Notes: generated from the letters alone by a model not told the origin. A stretch of DNA of 64,000 nt from Oligoflexales bacterium (GCA_023301465.1 JALZUQ010000001.1:105225-169224); one strand, 5' to 3'; positions 42,636 through 52,661 are shown, numbered from the stretch's first letter. Program-made: numbers and translations.

Positions 42636-45047
42636 ATGCTTCAACAAGATCAACAACAGGTAGATGAGAGCAGTACATTGCAGACAATTCAAGAGTTAAA
42701 AACAAGTAAACCACCATTACATTCTATTAAGATCAAGCATCCATCTCAGGAGCTATTCCTGACTGAAGAAAGCTTGCTTACTATTATAGACAACCACTGT
42801 GCTGATATACCTCATGTGGATATCAAGCACTTAGCTTCAAAAATATTTTCTTCATTGTCACACCAAGGTGTTGATTATGATGACTTAGAAGACCTGATTA
42901 TTCGTTCGGCAGCAATGTCTATGGATGACCAACCAGAGTATTCAAAAGTATCGGCTCGTTTTTTGACAGAGAAAATCTTGAGAGAAATGAGGCAGCTCGC
43001 CATTCACACATTTAGCGATTCCATTAAATATGGTTTTTCTGTTGGGTTAATTGGTGAGGCCACTTTTAATTTTGTGACGAAACACCAAAGTGAGTTAAAT
43101 CTTGCAATAAACACGTCTCGGTCTCGTTTATTTGAGTACTTTGGTTTAAAGACGGTTTATGATCGTTATCTTTTAAAAGACCCTATTAGTCGTAACACCG
43201 TTGAGAGCGAGCAGTTTTTCTTAATGCGTGTAGCTTGCGGTTTATCGCAAAATGTGACGGAAGCGATTGAGTTCTATGAACTTATTTCTAAGTTTGAATA
43301 CATGCCTGCAACGCCAACGCTTTTTAACAGTGGCACCAAGAGACCACAGATGTCTTCTTGTTACTTACTTGATTCCCCGGTGGACTCTTTAGAGTCTATC
43401 TATGATCGCTACGCAGAAATTGCAAAGCTCTCCAAGTTTGCTGGTGGTATTGGGCTATCTTATTCAAGAGTTCGTGCACGCGGCTCACTTATTGAAGGCA
43501 CAAATGGGCATTCTAATGGGATTATTCCATTTCTTAAAACACTAGACTCCTCTGTTTCTGCAGTAAATCAAGGCGGAAAAAGAAAAGGTGCAGCTTGTGT
43601 TTATTTAGAACCATGGCATGCAGATGTATATGAGTTTCTTGAACTAAGAGAAAACACTGGTGATGAGGCATTGAGAGCTCATAACTTAAACCTTGCAAAC
43701 TGGATACCCGACTTGTTTATGAGACGAGTTTCTGAAGATCAAAAGTGGTCTTTGTTTGACCCAAGAGATGTTCCGCACTTTGTTGATACTTTTGGCAAAG
43801 AGTTTGAGACTGCTTACGCTGCTGCCGAAAAGCAAGGCCTTGCAAAAAAATCGGTACCAGCTCGTGAGCTTTATGGAAAAATGATGAAGTGTCTTGCACA
43901 AACAGGTAACGGTTGGATGTGTTTTAAAGATGCGAGTAACACTAAGGGCAACCAGACATTAAAATCTGAAAATGTTATCCATCTTTCAAACCTTTGTACT
44001 GAGATTCTAGAAGTTACAAGTGACCGTGAAATAGCGGTTTGTAATTTAGGTTCCATCAACCTTGCGTTGTATGTTGAAGACGGTAAATTCAATTTCGAAA
44101 AAATGGCAAAAAACGCAAGGCTTGCTACAAAGTACTTGGACCGTGTGATTGATATCAACTTCTACCCTGTTCCAAAAGCGAGTTCTTCAAATAGCCGCTG
44201 GAGACCTGTGGGCCTTGGTGCTATGGGTTTACAAGATGTCTTTTTTAGACTAGGTATTCCTTTTGATAGTAAAGAAGCGAAAGAGTTATCAAAGCAAATC
44301 CAAGCAGAGATTTATTTTAACGCTCTAAAAACGTCGTGTGAACTTGCAAAAGAATTTGGTCCACATGAAAACTACCAAGATACACGAGCAGCAAAAGGTC
44401 AGCTACAACCAGATCTATGGGGCATCGAAGAAACCGAGCCTCGTTGGATTGAGCTAAAAGCTGACATTGCAAAGCATGGATTAAGAAACTCACTTCTTAT
44501 TGCGATTGCTCCAACCGCGACGATTGCCTCGATTGTTGGTTCTTACGAGTGTATTGAGCCACAGGTTTCAAACTTGTTCAAAAGAGAAACGCTATCAGGT
44601 GAATTTTTACAAATTAACCCTTACTTGGTTCGTGATCTTCGAAAGATGGGTCTTTGGAATAGCGATATCAAAGATAAGATCAAATTGGGCGAAGGCTCTA
44701 TTCAGGCTATTGAAGAAATTCCTGCAGAAATGCGTGAAATTTACCGCACGGCTTGGGAAGTTCCAATGCGTTCATTGATTGATATGGCTTCTGAGCGTGG
44801 GCCTTACATAGATCAAAGCCAGTCTTTGAATCTTTTTATGGAAAGCCCAACCATTGGTAAATTGTCGTCGATGTATTTGTATGCATGGCAAAAAGGGATT
44901 AAAACAAGTTACTACTTGAGGTCTCGCCCTGCTACCAGAATCAATAAAACAACCGTTTCACAAAACAAAATTGCTGGAAAACCCAGCGTTAAAGAAATGA
45001 TTGCATGTTCTCTTGAAAATCCAGAGACGTGTGAGTCTTGCACCTAG
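42636..45047 (+). CDS. nrdA: Ribonucleoside-diphosphate reductase class Ia alpha subunit NrdA (start at ATG 42636, after GGGGAGG; ORF track start 42585 is probably an upstream extension)
   Basis: PTLFNSGTKRPQMSSCYLL, NLCTEILEVTS...AVCNLGSINL and the C-terminal Cys pair CESC. Followed by nrdB. Confidence 0.93.
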   Translation: MLQQDQQQVDESSTLQTIQELKTSKPPLHSIKIKHPSQELFLTEESLLTIIDNHCADIPHVDIKHLASKIFSSLSHQGVDYDDLEDLIIRSAAMSMDDQPEYSKVSARFLTEKILREMRQLAIHTFSDSIKYGFSVGLIGEATFNFVTKHQSELNLAINTSRSRLFEYFGLKTVYDRYLLKDPISRNTVESEQFFLMRVACGLSQNVTEAIEFYELISKFEYMPATPTLFNSGTKRPQMSSCYLLDSPVDSLESIYDRYAEIAKLSKFAGGIGLSYSRVRARGSLIEGTNGHSNGIIPFLKTLDSSVSAVNQGGKRKGAACVYLEPWHADVYEFLELRENTGDEALRAHNLNLANWIPDLFMRRVSEDQKWSLFDPRDVPHFVDTFGKEFETAYAAAEKQGLAKKSVPARELYGKMMKCLAQTGNGWMCFKDASNTKGNQTLKSENVIHLSNLCTEILEVTSDREIAVCNLGSINLALYVEDGKFNFEKMAKNARLATKYLDRVIDINFYPVPKASSSNSRWRPVGLGAMGLQDVFFRLGIPFDSKEAKELSKQIQAEIYFNALKTSCELAKEFGPHENYQDTRAAKGQLQPDLWGIEETEPRWIELKADIAKHGLRNSLLIAIAPTATIASIVGSYECIEPQVSNLFKRETLSGEFLQINPYLVRDLRKMGLWNSDIKDKIKLGEGSIQAIEEIPAEMREIYRTAWEVPMRSLIDMASERGPYIDQSQSLNLFMESPTIGKLSSMYLYAWQKGIKTSYYLRSRPATRINKTTVSQNKIAGKPSVKEMIACSLENPETCESCT

Positions 45048-45059
45048 AAAGGAGGGCCC

Positions 45060-46055
45060 ATGTTACTTGATCCGGGATTAGACCTCACTTTGAGGCCAAT
45101 GAAGTACCCAGAATTTTACGAGATGTATCGCGATGCCATCAAAAATACTTGGACGGTAGAAGAGGTAGATTTTTCTGATGATTTAAAAGATCTAAGAAAC
45201 CTCACCCCAGCCGAACAACATTTGATCAAAAGATTGGTGGCATTTTTTGCTACTGGGGACTCGATTGTTGGTAACAACTTAGTCTTAAATCTTTACAAGC
45301 ACATTAACTCTCCCGAAGCTCGCATGTATCTATCAAGGCAGCTTTATGAAGAAGCCCTGCATGTGCAGTTTTACTTAACGCTTCTAGACACTTATCTCGA
45401 AAGTGATGAAGAGCGAATAGAAGCATTTACTGCTATTGAAGAGATCCCGTCTATTAAGAAAAAAGGCGAGTTTTGCTTTAAGTGGATGGATACCATCGGC
45501 AACATCGATGAACTGAATACTCGTAAAGAGCGTCAGCAGTTTGTTCTTAACTTGATCTGTTTCGCTGGCTGTGTTGAGGGTTTATTTTTCTTTGCTGCGT
45601 TTGCTTATGTTTATTTTCTTCGATCGCGTGGGCTTTTAAGCGGCTTAGCTTCTGGTACAAACTGGGTTTTCCGTGATGAGAGTGCTCACATGAATTTTGC
45701 ATTCGAAGTCATTGCAAAAATCAGAGAAGAAGAGCCGGATCTTTTTGATGACCACCTAGAGTCACAAGTAAGAGAAATGTTCGACGAAGCTCTTGAGACA
45801 GAAATGGTTTTTGCCGAAGATGTGCTGTCGTATGGAATTACCGGATTATCTGAGCGAAATATGAGGACTTATCTTGAGTATGTTGTAGATCAAAGGCTTG
45901 CTTGCGTTGGAATGCCGGCGATGTATCACAGCAAGAACCCATTTGATTTTATGAACCTTCAAGACGTCCAAGAACTCACGAACTTTTTTGAAAGACGTGT
46001 TTCTGCCTACCAAGTGGGTATTTCAGGGCAAGTAAGTTTTGAAGAAGATTTCTAG
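45060..46055 (+). CDS. nrdB: Ribonucleoside-diphosphate reductase class Ia beta subunit NrdB
   Basis: 331 aa. Di-iron ligand motifs (EEALHVQ, RDESAHMNF) and an acidic C-terminal tail ending FEEDF. Confidence 0.93.
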   Translation: MLLDPGLDLTLRPMKYPEFYEMYRDAIKNTWTVEEVDFSDDLKDLRNLTPAEQHLIKRLVAFFATGDSIVGNNLVLNLYKHINSPEARMYLSRQLYEEALHVQFYLTLLDTYLESDEERIEAFTAIEEIPSIKKKGEFCFKWMDTIGNIDELNTRKERQQFVLNLICFAGCVEGLFFFAAFAYVYFLRSRGLLSGLASGTNWVFRDESAHMNFAFEVIAKIREEEPDLFDDHLESQVREMFDEALETEMVFAEDVLSYGITGLSERNMRTYLEYVVDQRLACVGMPAMYHSKNPFDFMNLQDVQELTNFFERRVSAYQVGISGQVSFEEDF

Positions 46056-46645
46056 TGACGGAAATCAACGCCGAAATTCTAAATCAATATTTTAGAAAAA
46101 ATTTCCATTCAGAAGCGACCTTTTCGGTCGCTTCTTCTGGTTTAATGCCTGAAGAACTAAATCAAAAAGACTTCAAAATTTTTAAGTCATTTAAATCTGA
46201 AAAAAGAAAAGAAGATTTCTTGATGGGGCGAAAAGCGCTTTATGCTTTTTTTGATGATCCGAAGAAAAGTGATTTTATTGGGTTTACACACCAACGTTAT
46301 TCACTCACCCATAGTAAAGGATATGCAGTGGCATATGATTCTGGTGGTGAGTTATATTCTGGGGTTGGAGTAGATTTAGAGTTTTGGAGAGAGTCTTTGT
46401 TTAAAAGCAGGCACCTTTATTCCACAAAAGATGAGTGGGGAATTTGCCAAGATGATTTTGATTATTTAAAACTCTGGGTTGCAAAAGAAGCTATTTACAA
46501 AGCGTTTGGTTGTAACCACTTAAGGTTACTAGATATTTGTTTAAAAAACATAACCAGTTCTAGTATTTTTATCCAAAATAGAAAAGTAACTTATTGTACC
46601 TTTCAAAATGCTAACCGTGCAATTTCTGCTGCCTACGTTGAATAA
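46055..46645 (+). CDS. 4'-phosphopantetheinyl transferase superfamily protein
   Basis: 196 aa. GVGVDLEF and WVAKEAIYKAFG motifs. GTG start overlaps the nrdB TAG stop by one nucleotide. Confidence 0.6.
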   Translation: MTEINAEILNQYFRKNFHSEATFSVASSGLMPEELNQKDFKIFKSFKSEKRKEDFLMGRKALYAFFDDPKKSDFIGFTHQRYSLTHSKGYAVAYDSGGELYSGVGVDLEFWRESLFKSRHLYSTKDEWGICQDDFDYLKLWVAKEAIYKAFGCNHLRLLDICLKNITSSSIFIQNRKVTYCTFQNANRAISAAYVE

Positions 46646-46732
46646 GATTTACTTTAGTTTTATGCCTCCAGTATAACTATTCTCCACCGCCGAGTCTTTT
46701 GTATTAAAGCATAGGTTTGACGTAACCAAAAA

Positions 46733-46762
46733 ACCCAGCTCAGGTGTTTTGAGCTGGGTTTT
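46733..46762 (+). terminator. Rho-independent terminator-like hairpin after the nrdAB-PPTase genes
   Basis: ACCCAGCTC-N9-GAGCTGGGT flanked by an A-run and TTTT. Confidence 0.55.
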
Positions 46763-46875
46763 AATATTTAAGCAACAGAGGGTTAACCCTCCTTTATTAA
46801 TATGTTTTTATTGAATTGGACAACTGATTAAATAAACGCTATTTTTTGGTTAGAACCATCAAATAGGGATTTTTA

Positions 46876-48258
46876 ATGCAGTTAATCATTTCATGTATAT
46901 TAGCATTTGTTTTTTCAACTCAAGCTTATGCTCAATTCATTAAAGCAGAACGTAATGATGATCAAAGCTTTAAAGTGCTTTGCCAACACAAAGGTAAAAG
47001 TTGGACAGAGATAGTTCCAGATGAAGAGTTTTTGTCAGGAGACTATTGTAAGGTTGGTGAAGTTAAGCTTCATTCGGGCGTGTATGAACACGTAGAATCT
47101 AAATGTAGATTTAATATCAGTGCATATTATATTGATTCGGTTTTAAGTGGCTTGAGTGTTTCGGACAATGATCTGTGTTTAAATCTTCAAAAAAAATCCT
47201 TTCAAGTTGATTGTGAAGAAGATTTATGTGAATGGATAAATGCCGGTCAAAAATACATTTTTTCTGCACCAAAGCTTGGGGAATTACTGCTTGAATCAGA
47301 CGGTTTAAAAAATATAAGCTATACTTTTTTAGAAGCTTTATCAAACATTACCGTAGGCGGACACCCGTTGGAATTCATCACTCCACCCATTCATTCAGGG
47401 GTGATTGGAACAAATAATAGAATTATCGTTGAGCAAAACAATCATGAAGCACTTGTGCGTACAGGGCCAAGAATAAAGGTTAAGTTCACAAATAAATTTG
47501 CAATTCAAAAAAACCCCGTAACACAAAAAATATGGACGTCTGTTATGGGTTTTAATAATCTTGGCCACAGCTCTTTCGGCCGCAATGGCCATCAAACCAG
47601 ACCAATATGCCCGAAAACAAATGAAGGTATAAGTTCTTGCCCTGAAAGACCAGTGCATGGAGTCTCTTGGAGCAAAGCACAAAATTTTATAGAAAAAGTA
47701 AATAGAGACTTGGGTATTGAGTGTGGAGACCTTAGTACAAAAAAAGGTTTTATGTTGGCATATAAAACCCCCGGGTGTTACCGACTACCAACAGAAGCAG
47801 AGTGGGAATTTGTTGCCAGGGCTGGTGTTATAACTAATTATCCACTTGGCCGCTACCCTGCCGAGGACCGTGATTATGATTGTAAGAGCTCATCTAGACC
47901 AACAATTGAAACCGATTATTCACGTGGGTTCCCAAGAGATATTGGCGATAAGCCCTATCCAAATGATTGGGGCGTTGAAAATATTATGGGCGGAGTCGTT
48001 GAGTTTGTTCAAGATACTTATTTATTCAAGCAAGGCCTTAGTTTTGAAGAAAGAAAAAAGACGCACGTTAATTTTATAGCATTTGATCCAAAGCAACAAA
48101 TAACTTCTGGTAGAGAGTTTGTACCGTCGGAAAATGCAGTGGGTAAGGGCGGTGGTTTTCATCAGATACTGGAATACTGTAGTGTAAGCTCTAGAATGAG
48201 TACGCATAAATTTTTAAGTAATAGGTTTTTTGGTTTTCGATTAGCAAGAACTTTGTAG
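46876..48258 (+). CDS. Secreted protein with Cys-rich N-terminal half and C-terminal FGE-sulfatase (SUMF1/formylglycine-generating-enzyme-like) domain
   Basis: Signal peptide. RPVHGVSWSKAQNF, YRLPTEAEWEFVARAG, NDWGV.NI.GGV.EFV and the terminal GFRLA are typical of PF03781-type domains. Confidence 0.65.
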   Translation: MQLIISCILAFVFSTQAYAQFIKAERNDDQSFKVLCQHKGKSWTEIVPDEEFLSGDYCKVGEVKLHSGVYEHVESKCRFNISAYYIDSVLSGLSVSDNDLCLNLQKKSFQVDCEEDLCEWINAGQKYIFSAPKLGELLLESDGLKNISYTFLEALSNITVGGHPLEFITPPIHSGVIGTNNRIIVEQNNHEALVRTGPRIKVKFTNKFAIQKNPVTQKIWTSVMGFNNLGHSSFGRNGHQTRPICPKTNEGISSCPERPVHGVSWSKAQNFIEKVNRDLGIECGDLSTKKGFMLAYKTPGCYRLPTEAEWEFVARAGVITNYPLGRYPAEDRDYDCKSSSRPTIETDYSRGFPRDIGDKPYPNDWGVENIMGGVVEFVQDTYLFKQGLSFEERKKTHVNFIAFDPKQQITSGREFVPSENAVGKGGGFHQILEYCSVSSRMSTHKFLSNRFFGFRLARTL

Positions 48259-48261
48259 AAA

Positions 48262-49461
48262 CTAGTCTGTAGATTGATCGGTAAATATAAATAACAAGCC
48301 AATAATAGAACAAAGAAAAAAACCTAAAATAAGCGGCAGAGGAGTATGATTAAATTGTTGGCCAATCATCCCTCCAATGCTTACTGAAAGTAGGGTTTGA
48401 AAGAAGCCAATCGCAGCAGATGCAATGCCTGCAATATGGCCCATAGGTTCCATCGCAATAGAGTTTAAGTTGCCAAAAAGAATCCCGGTGGCACAAAAAG
48501 CAGGATATAAAAACGTCATAAACAACCAAAAAGGTATGCCGCTATAAAACCCAACAGCAGCACATATACCACTTAAACCAATGAGTAGGACGAGGGACCT
48601 TTTCACTAGCTTTCGCATGCCAATTTTTGGAACTAGTTTAGAGTTAATAAACGACGCAAACCCTAAGGTAAGAGCCAAAGACGCAAACCAAAGAGAAAAA
48701 GTGTTTTTAGCACCATAACTTTCAAAAAGCTGTTGGCAACTCGCAAGGTAGCCAATAAAAGCTCCAAATGTGAAGGATGAGGTTAGTACATATCGCACAG
48801 TCGTAGAGTTGGTAAGTACTTCTTTTGTGTTATTGATGATTGTGGAAATTCGGATGGGGATGCGGTCATTTTTCTTTAAGGTTTCAGGCTGCCTTATGGC
48901 AAACCAAATAAAACCAATAACAGCTAACACAAAAAGAGCCTCAAATATTTCACGCCACCCACCGTAGAGTAATATGATTTCGCCGATGGAAGGAGCGACC
49001 GCAGGTGCAAACACAAAAATAGAGGTAATTAATGAAAGTGTTTGAGCCATTTTCCTGCCGCTAAAAAGATCTCTAATCAGAGCGACAATAACCACCCGAA
49101 GAGATGCTGCACCAACGCCTTGTAGAAGCCGTCCTACAAGAAGCATATTGAAGCTAGATGCATATATAGCAACCATAGACCCGATGCCATATACAAGTAT
49201 CCCCCAATAGATGGTTGGTTTACGACCAACGGCATCTGATAAGGGCCCAAAAATTAATTTTCCGACCCCAAGCCCAACAAAAAACAAAGACAATACATAT
49301 TGTGCGTGATTAGGGTTTAAAAGCTTAAATTCTTTTGCAATATTTGGGAAAGCTGGAAGCATTGAATCAATCGAGATAGCACTTACTGACATTAAAAAAG
49401 CCATCAGTAAAACGAATTCTTTTTTTGACATCGGATGATGTGGATTACTTACTTGGTTCAT
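48262..49461 (-). CDS. MFS transporter, Bcr/CflA (DHA1) drug-resistance family
   Basis: 399 aa, 12 TM segments. GPLSDAVGRKP motif A. N-terminus typical of the Bcr family. Confidence 0.8.
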   Translation of the reverse strand: MNQVSNPHHPMSKKEFVLLMAFLMSVSAISIDSMLPAFPNIAKEFKLLNPNHAQYVLSLFFVGLGVGKLIFGPLSDAVGRKPTIYWGILVYGIGSMVAIYASSFNMLLVGRLLQGVGAASLRVVIVALIRDLFSGRKMAQTLSLITSIFVFAPAVAPSIGEIILLYGGWREIFEALFVLAVIGFIWFAIRQPETLKKNDRIPIRISTIINNTKEVLTNSTTVRYVLTSSFTFGAFIGYLASCQQLFESYGAKNTFSLWFASLALTLGFASFINSKLVPKIGMRKLVKRSLVLLIGLSGICAAVGFYSGIPFWLFMTFLYPAFCATGILFGNLNSIAMEPMGHIAGIASAAIGFFQTLLSVSIGGMIGQQFNHTPLPLILGFFLCSIIGLLFIFTDQSTD

Positions 49462-51515
49462 TTTGTTTCGTTCTTTTTTAGGGTGAAGTCAGGTTTTTTA
49501 TTGAGGAAGCCCTTTAGTTTGTTGATATTGTCTAAACGCTGGTCTTTTGTGGGCGGCTCTAAGCTCATCGTTGCTTCCCACTCAATTTGATCTTGATGAG
49601 CTTCTTCTATCTCTTTGATGAATCTAGAGATTTTTTTGAGTTCTTTTTGAAAACCGGTTTTTCGCTCTCGGCAAGAACTGATGTAGAGCCTCGCTTTTGC
49701 ACGTGTTATTGCAACATAAAAAAGTCGTCGTTCTTCGGAGATATTTTCGGTTTCGATGCTGTTTTTGTGGGGGAATAGACCGTCTTCCAAGCCCGGCACA
49801 AAAACATTTTCGAACTCCAAACCCTTGGATGCATGTACTGTCATGATTCTTACGGCGTCTTTTGCAAGGAGTTTGTCGCTTTCAGAACGGCCGTCAAGGC
49901 TAACCATATCAAGAATTTCACTAGCAATGTCCGCTCGATCTCCTTCAAAATTTTGAACTTCTTTTTGGAGCCAATCCCCGATGCCTTTGAGTGCAGATAT
50001 TTTGTTTGTTTGTTTTATGTGGTTTGTTTCGTTTACGCGAATACTCTCAATCAGCCCAAACTCTTTTGCGATACTTCCAATAACATGTTCAATGTTCCCG
50101 GCTTTTGTTTGGCGGTGCAGGTTTTTTGTTTTGTTTTGAAAATCGATTAGCTTTTGACGCATCCCGGATTTTACATCCAAACTAACATGGTCCAAGGCTT
50201 GAAACGGAGCCTTGGAAATTTGGTTGGAAAGATTTTCGATTTTTTCTAAAGTTTTAAGGCCAATTCCTCTCGATGGAGTGTTAATAATTCTCCAAAGTGA
50301 CAAGTGGTCTTGTGGGTTTAATATAAGTTTAAGATATGCGAGGTAGTCCTTAATTTCTTTTCTTTCAAAAAAAGCTTGCCCTGCAAGGTTCAAAACCGAA
50401 ATTCGAGATGCCCTAAGGGCTAATTCTAGTGCTTTTGCTTGGCCGTTGGTTCTTAACAAGATAGCGATGCTCTTGGGTTGGCAGCCCTTTGCCATAAGGC
50501 TTAGGCACTTTGTGGCAATCCAGTTTGCTTCGAGGTTTTCGTCGGGAAACTGAGAGAGAACAATCTGATTTTTAACGTCGGAGTTTGTCCAAAGTTTTTT
50601 AGATTCTCGGGCAGTGTTGTTTTGAATAAGTGTGTTTGCTGCATCAAGAATAATAGAGCTGCATCGGTAGTTTTGCTCAAGCTTAATTTTTTCTGTGCTT
50701 GGATAGATCTCTTGAAAATTTTGCATGACCGTTGGAATGGCTCCACGCCAGCTGTAAATAGATTGATCGTCATCGCCAACAACGCAGATGTTTTTGTTTT
50801 CTCCTACTAATAATTCAATAAGCTTTAGTTGGCATAAATTAGTATCTTGAAACTCATCGACCATATAGTGAGTTTTGGATTTGTGGAGTTCGTCTCTAAT
50901 CTCAGAGTTGGATTCAAGAAGTTTAACGGTTTTAAAGATGCAATCATCAAAGTCTATGGAGCGGTTAAGAACAAGGTGCCTCTCATAGAGTTCGTAGATT
51001 TTAATAGCTGGTTCAATTTCAATTTGATCGTTATTCATTCGGTCTAATTCATTTACATCGCCGGGAGATAACAGAGAGTTTTTAGCGTTGGAGATAAACT
51101 GAAGAAGAGAGTAGTGATCGTAAATCCCTCCCCAGTTTTTTTCGGTTAAAGACTTTTTAATGAAGTCTAATTGATCAGAAGATCCAGTGATATTAAACTG
51201 TCGAGGCAAACCAGCTTCTTTGTGATACTTGCGAAGTAGTTTGATGCAAAACCTGTGAAATGTCCCAATAAAAACTCGGTGGTTTTTTCCACTTATGCTG
51301 CTGACACGCTCTTTCATTTCGCGTGCTGCTTTGTTTGTAAATGTTACGGCAACAATCTGTTTCCCAAAAACTCCCGATTGCATGAGTTTAGCAATTCGAT
51401 GAGTGATTACTTTTGTTTTTCCTGTGCCTGCACCCGCTAAAATTAAAACAGGACCGTTCAGTTTGAGTACGGCTTGCTTTTGAGGCGGGTTTAGTTGTGA
51501 GGTCAAATCTTGCAT
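49458..51515 (-). CDS. UvrD/Rep/PcrA-family ATP-dependent DNA helicase
   Basis: 685 aa. LNPPQKQAV, AGAGTGKT (Walker A), VDEFQDTN, TVHASKGLEF, YVAITRAK. Confidence 0.9.
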   Translation of the reverse strand: MQDLTSQLNPPQKQAVLKLNGPVLILAGAGTGKTKVITHRIAKLMQSGVFGKQIVAVTFTNKAAREMKERVSSISGKNHRVFIGTFHRFCIKLLRKYHKEAGLPRQFNITGSSDQLDFIKKSLTEKNWGGIYDHYSLLQFISNAKNSLLSPGDVNELDRMNNDQIEIEPAIKIYELYERHLVLNRSIDFDDCIFKTVKLLESNSEIRDELHKSKTHYMVDEFQDTNLCQLKLIELLVGENKNICVVGDDDQSIYSWRGAIPTVMQNFQEIYPSTEKIKLEQNYRCSSIILDAANTLIQNNTARESKKLWTNSDVKNQIVLSQFPDENLEANWIATKCLSLMAKGCQPKSIAILLRTNGQAKALELALRASRISVLNLAGQAFFERKEIKDYLAYLKLILNPQDHLSLWRIINTPSRGIGLKTLEKIENLSNQISKAPFQALDHVSLDVKSGMRQKLIDFQNKTKNLHRQTKAGNIEHVIGSIAKEFGLIESIRVNETNHIKQTNKISALKGIGDWLQKEVQNFEGDRADIASEILDMVSLDGRSESDKLLAKDAVRIMTVHASKGLEFENVFVPGLEDGLFPHKNSIETENISEERRLFYVAITRAKARLYISSCRERKTGFQKELKKISRFIKEIEEAHQDQIEWEATMSLEPPTKDQRLDNINKLKGFLNKKPDFTLKKNETK

Positions 51516-51618
51516 CTAAATAGGAGAACATTTCAAGGAATCAGTCGTCAACAGCCTTCTTTTAATTGTTGGAAGAAGGACGCTTATCAGTGGCCATAAG
51601 CTGGTTTGATAGAAGTGT

Positions 51619-52176
51619 TTGTTTACAGGTCATTTCAAGATTTATAAAATACGCTTCTTTCTGGATGATGCTGGTTTTATGTGTAAAAATGATAAAGTGC
51701 AAAATTACCTCATCATTATATGTCTATCAGTCTACGGGGTGGGTCTTATTGGCCAGTTTTTCCTTCATAGCCACAATAGTAAGACCTTAAAAAGCCACGG
51801 CTTTATGATTAATAGCAGGGTCTATCATTGGTACCCGCTTTGGTTATTGATCATTGGTTGTGTCTTGATGGTCTTTGAGCTTGGGGCTTTGCCAGAGCTT
51901 AAGCTCCACTGGAACCTTCTTCCAGGACTTATTGTTTTTGGGTTGGGGGCGTATTTGAGGGTGAAAGCTCAAATGAAATTAGGACATTATTGGGTCATGG
52001 GTGAGGTGATCGGTATGGATCCAAACCTCCAGAAACCAAAAAGAAATGTAAAGCTTGGTAGGGTGCTAGAATTGTTTGGTTTATTTTTGACTCTAGGAGC
52101 CCCGGGAACAGCGGTGGCAATTGCTTTGCCAGCGATTTTTTTAATGCAATCTATGCAAAAAAAACATACAAACTAG
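51619..52176 (+). CDS. Hypothetical integral membrane protein
   Basis: 185-aa ORF with 4-5 hydrophobic segments. Start uncertain; no diagnostic motif. Confidence 0.35.
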   Translation: MFTGHFKIYKIRFFLDDAGFMCKNDKVQNYLIIICLSVYGVGLIGQFFLHSHNSKTLKSHGFMINSRVYHWYPLWLLIIGCVLMVFELGALPELKLHWNLLPGLIVFGLGAYLRVKAQMKLGHYWVMGEVIGMDPNLQKPKRNVKLGRVLELFGLFLTLGAPGTAVAIALPAIFLMQSMQKKHTN

Positions 52177-52204
52177 GCTACCTGAGGATTTAAAGGAGCT
52201 TATT

Positions 52205-52576
52205 TTGAAGATTTTTTCTGGTTTTGAGTTGATGGCTCAAGGTGCTGATAAAGCACAGACGGTTTCTATGTTTGATTCAATGTTACCGGTTGTGTTTTTA
52301 ATCGGTGTTTTTTACTTTTTAGTGATTCGGCCTCAAGCAAAGAAAAATACTGAACTACAAAAGATGATGGGTAGCTTAAAGGCTGGAGATGAGGTTTTTA
52401 CCACTGGTGGAATTATTGGCCGTATTAAGTCTATAAGTGATACATTTGTATCGGTTGAAGTAGCGAATAATACTGTAATGAAAGTACTAAAAGCCCATAT
52501 TTCGGGTCTTACCAAATCTAAGCAAGAAGTTGTAAAAACTTCTAAGAACCCAAAAAAAGCAAAAGTCATTAGCTGA
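52205..52576 (+). CDS. yajC: Preprotein translocase subunit YajC
   Basis: FLVIRPQAKKNTELQKMMGSLKAGDEVFTTGGIIGRIKSI is the canonical YajC core. Confidence 0.85.
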   Translation: MKIFSGFELMAQGADKAQTVSMFDSMLPVVFLIGVFYFLVIRPQAKKNTELQKMMGSLKAGDEVFTTGGIIGRIKSISDTFVSVEVANNTVMKVLKAHISGLTKSKQEVVKTSKNPKKAKVIS

Positions 52577-52661
52577 ACTGGTTCATTTAAGTTTCATTCG
52601 ACATGTGAGATAATAAGTTTAATCTCAACACAAGCCTGTGTTCATCCGGAGGGTGCATCTT

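Noticed and set aside
46876-48258. Diversity-generating retroelement, since FGE/CLec-fold proteins are common DGR targets
   Set aside because: The window contains no reverse transcriptase or Avd-like gene. I saw no template-repeat copy of the 3' end of the gene. The downstream gene is a convergent MFS transporter only 3 bp away.
51619-52176. Isoprenylcysteine carboxyl methyltransferase / PEMT-like membrane enzyme
   Set aside because: Only vague resemblance (LRVKAQMKLGHYW). The diagnostic RHPxY region of that family is absent. Left as a hypothetical membrane protein.
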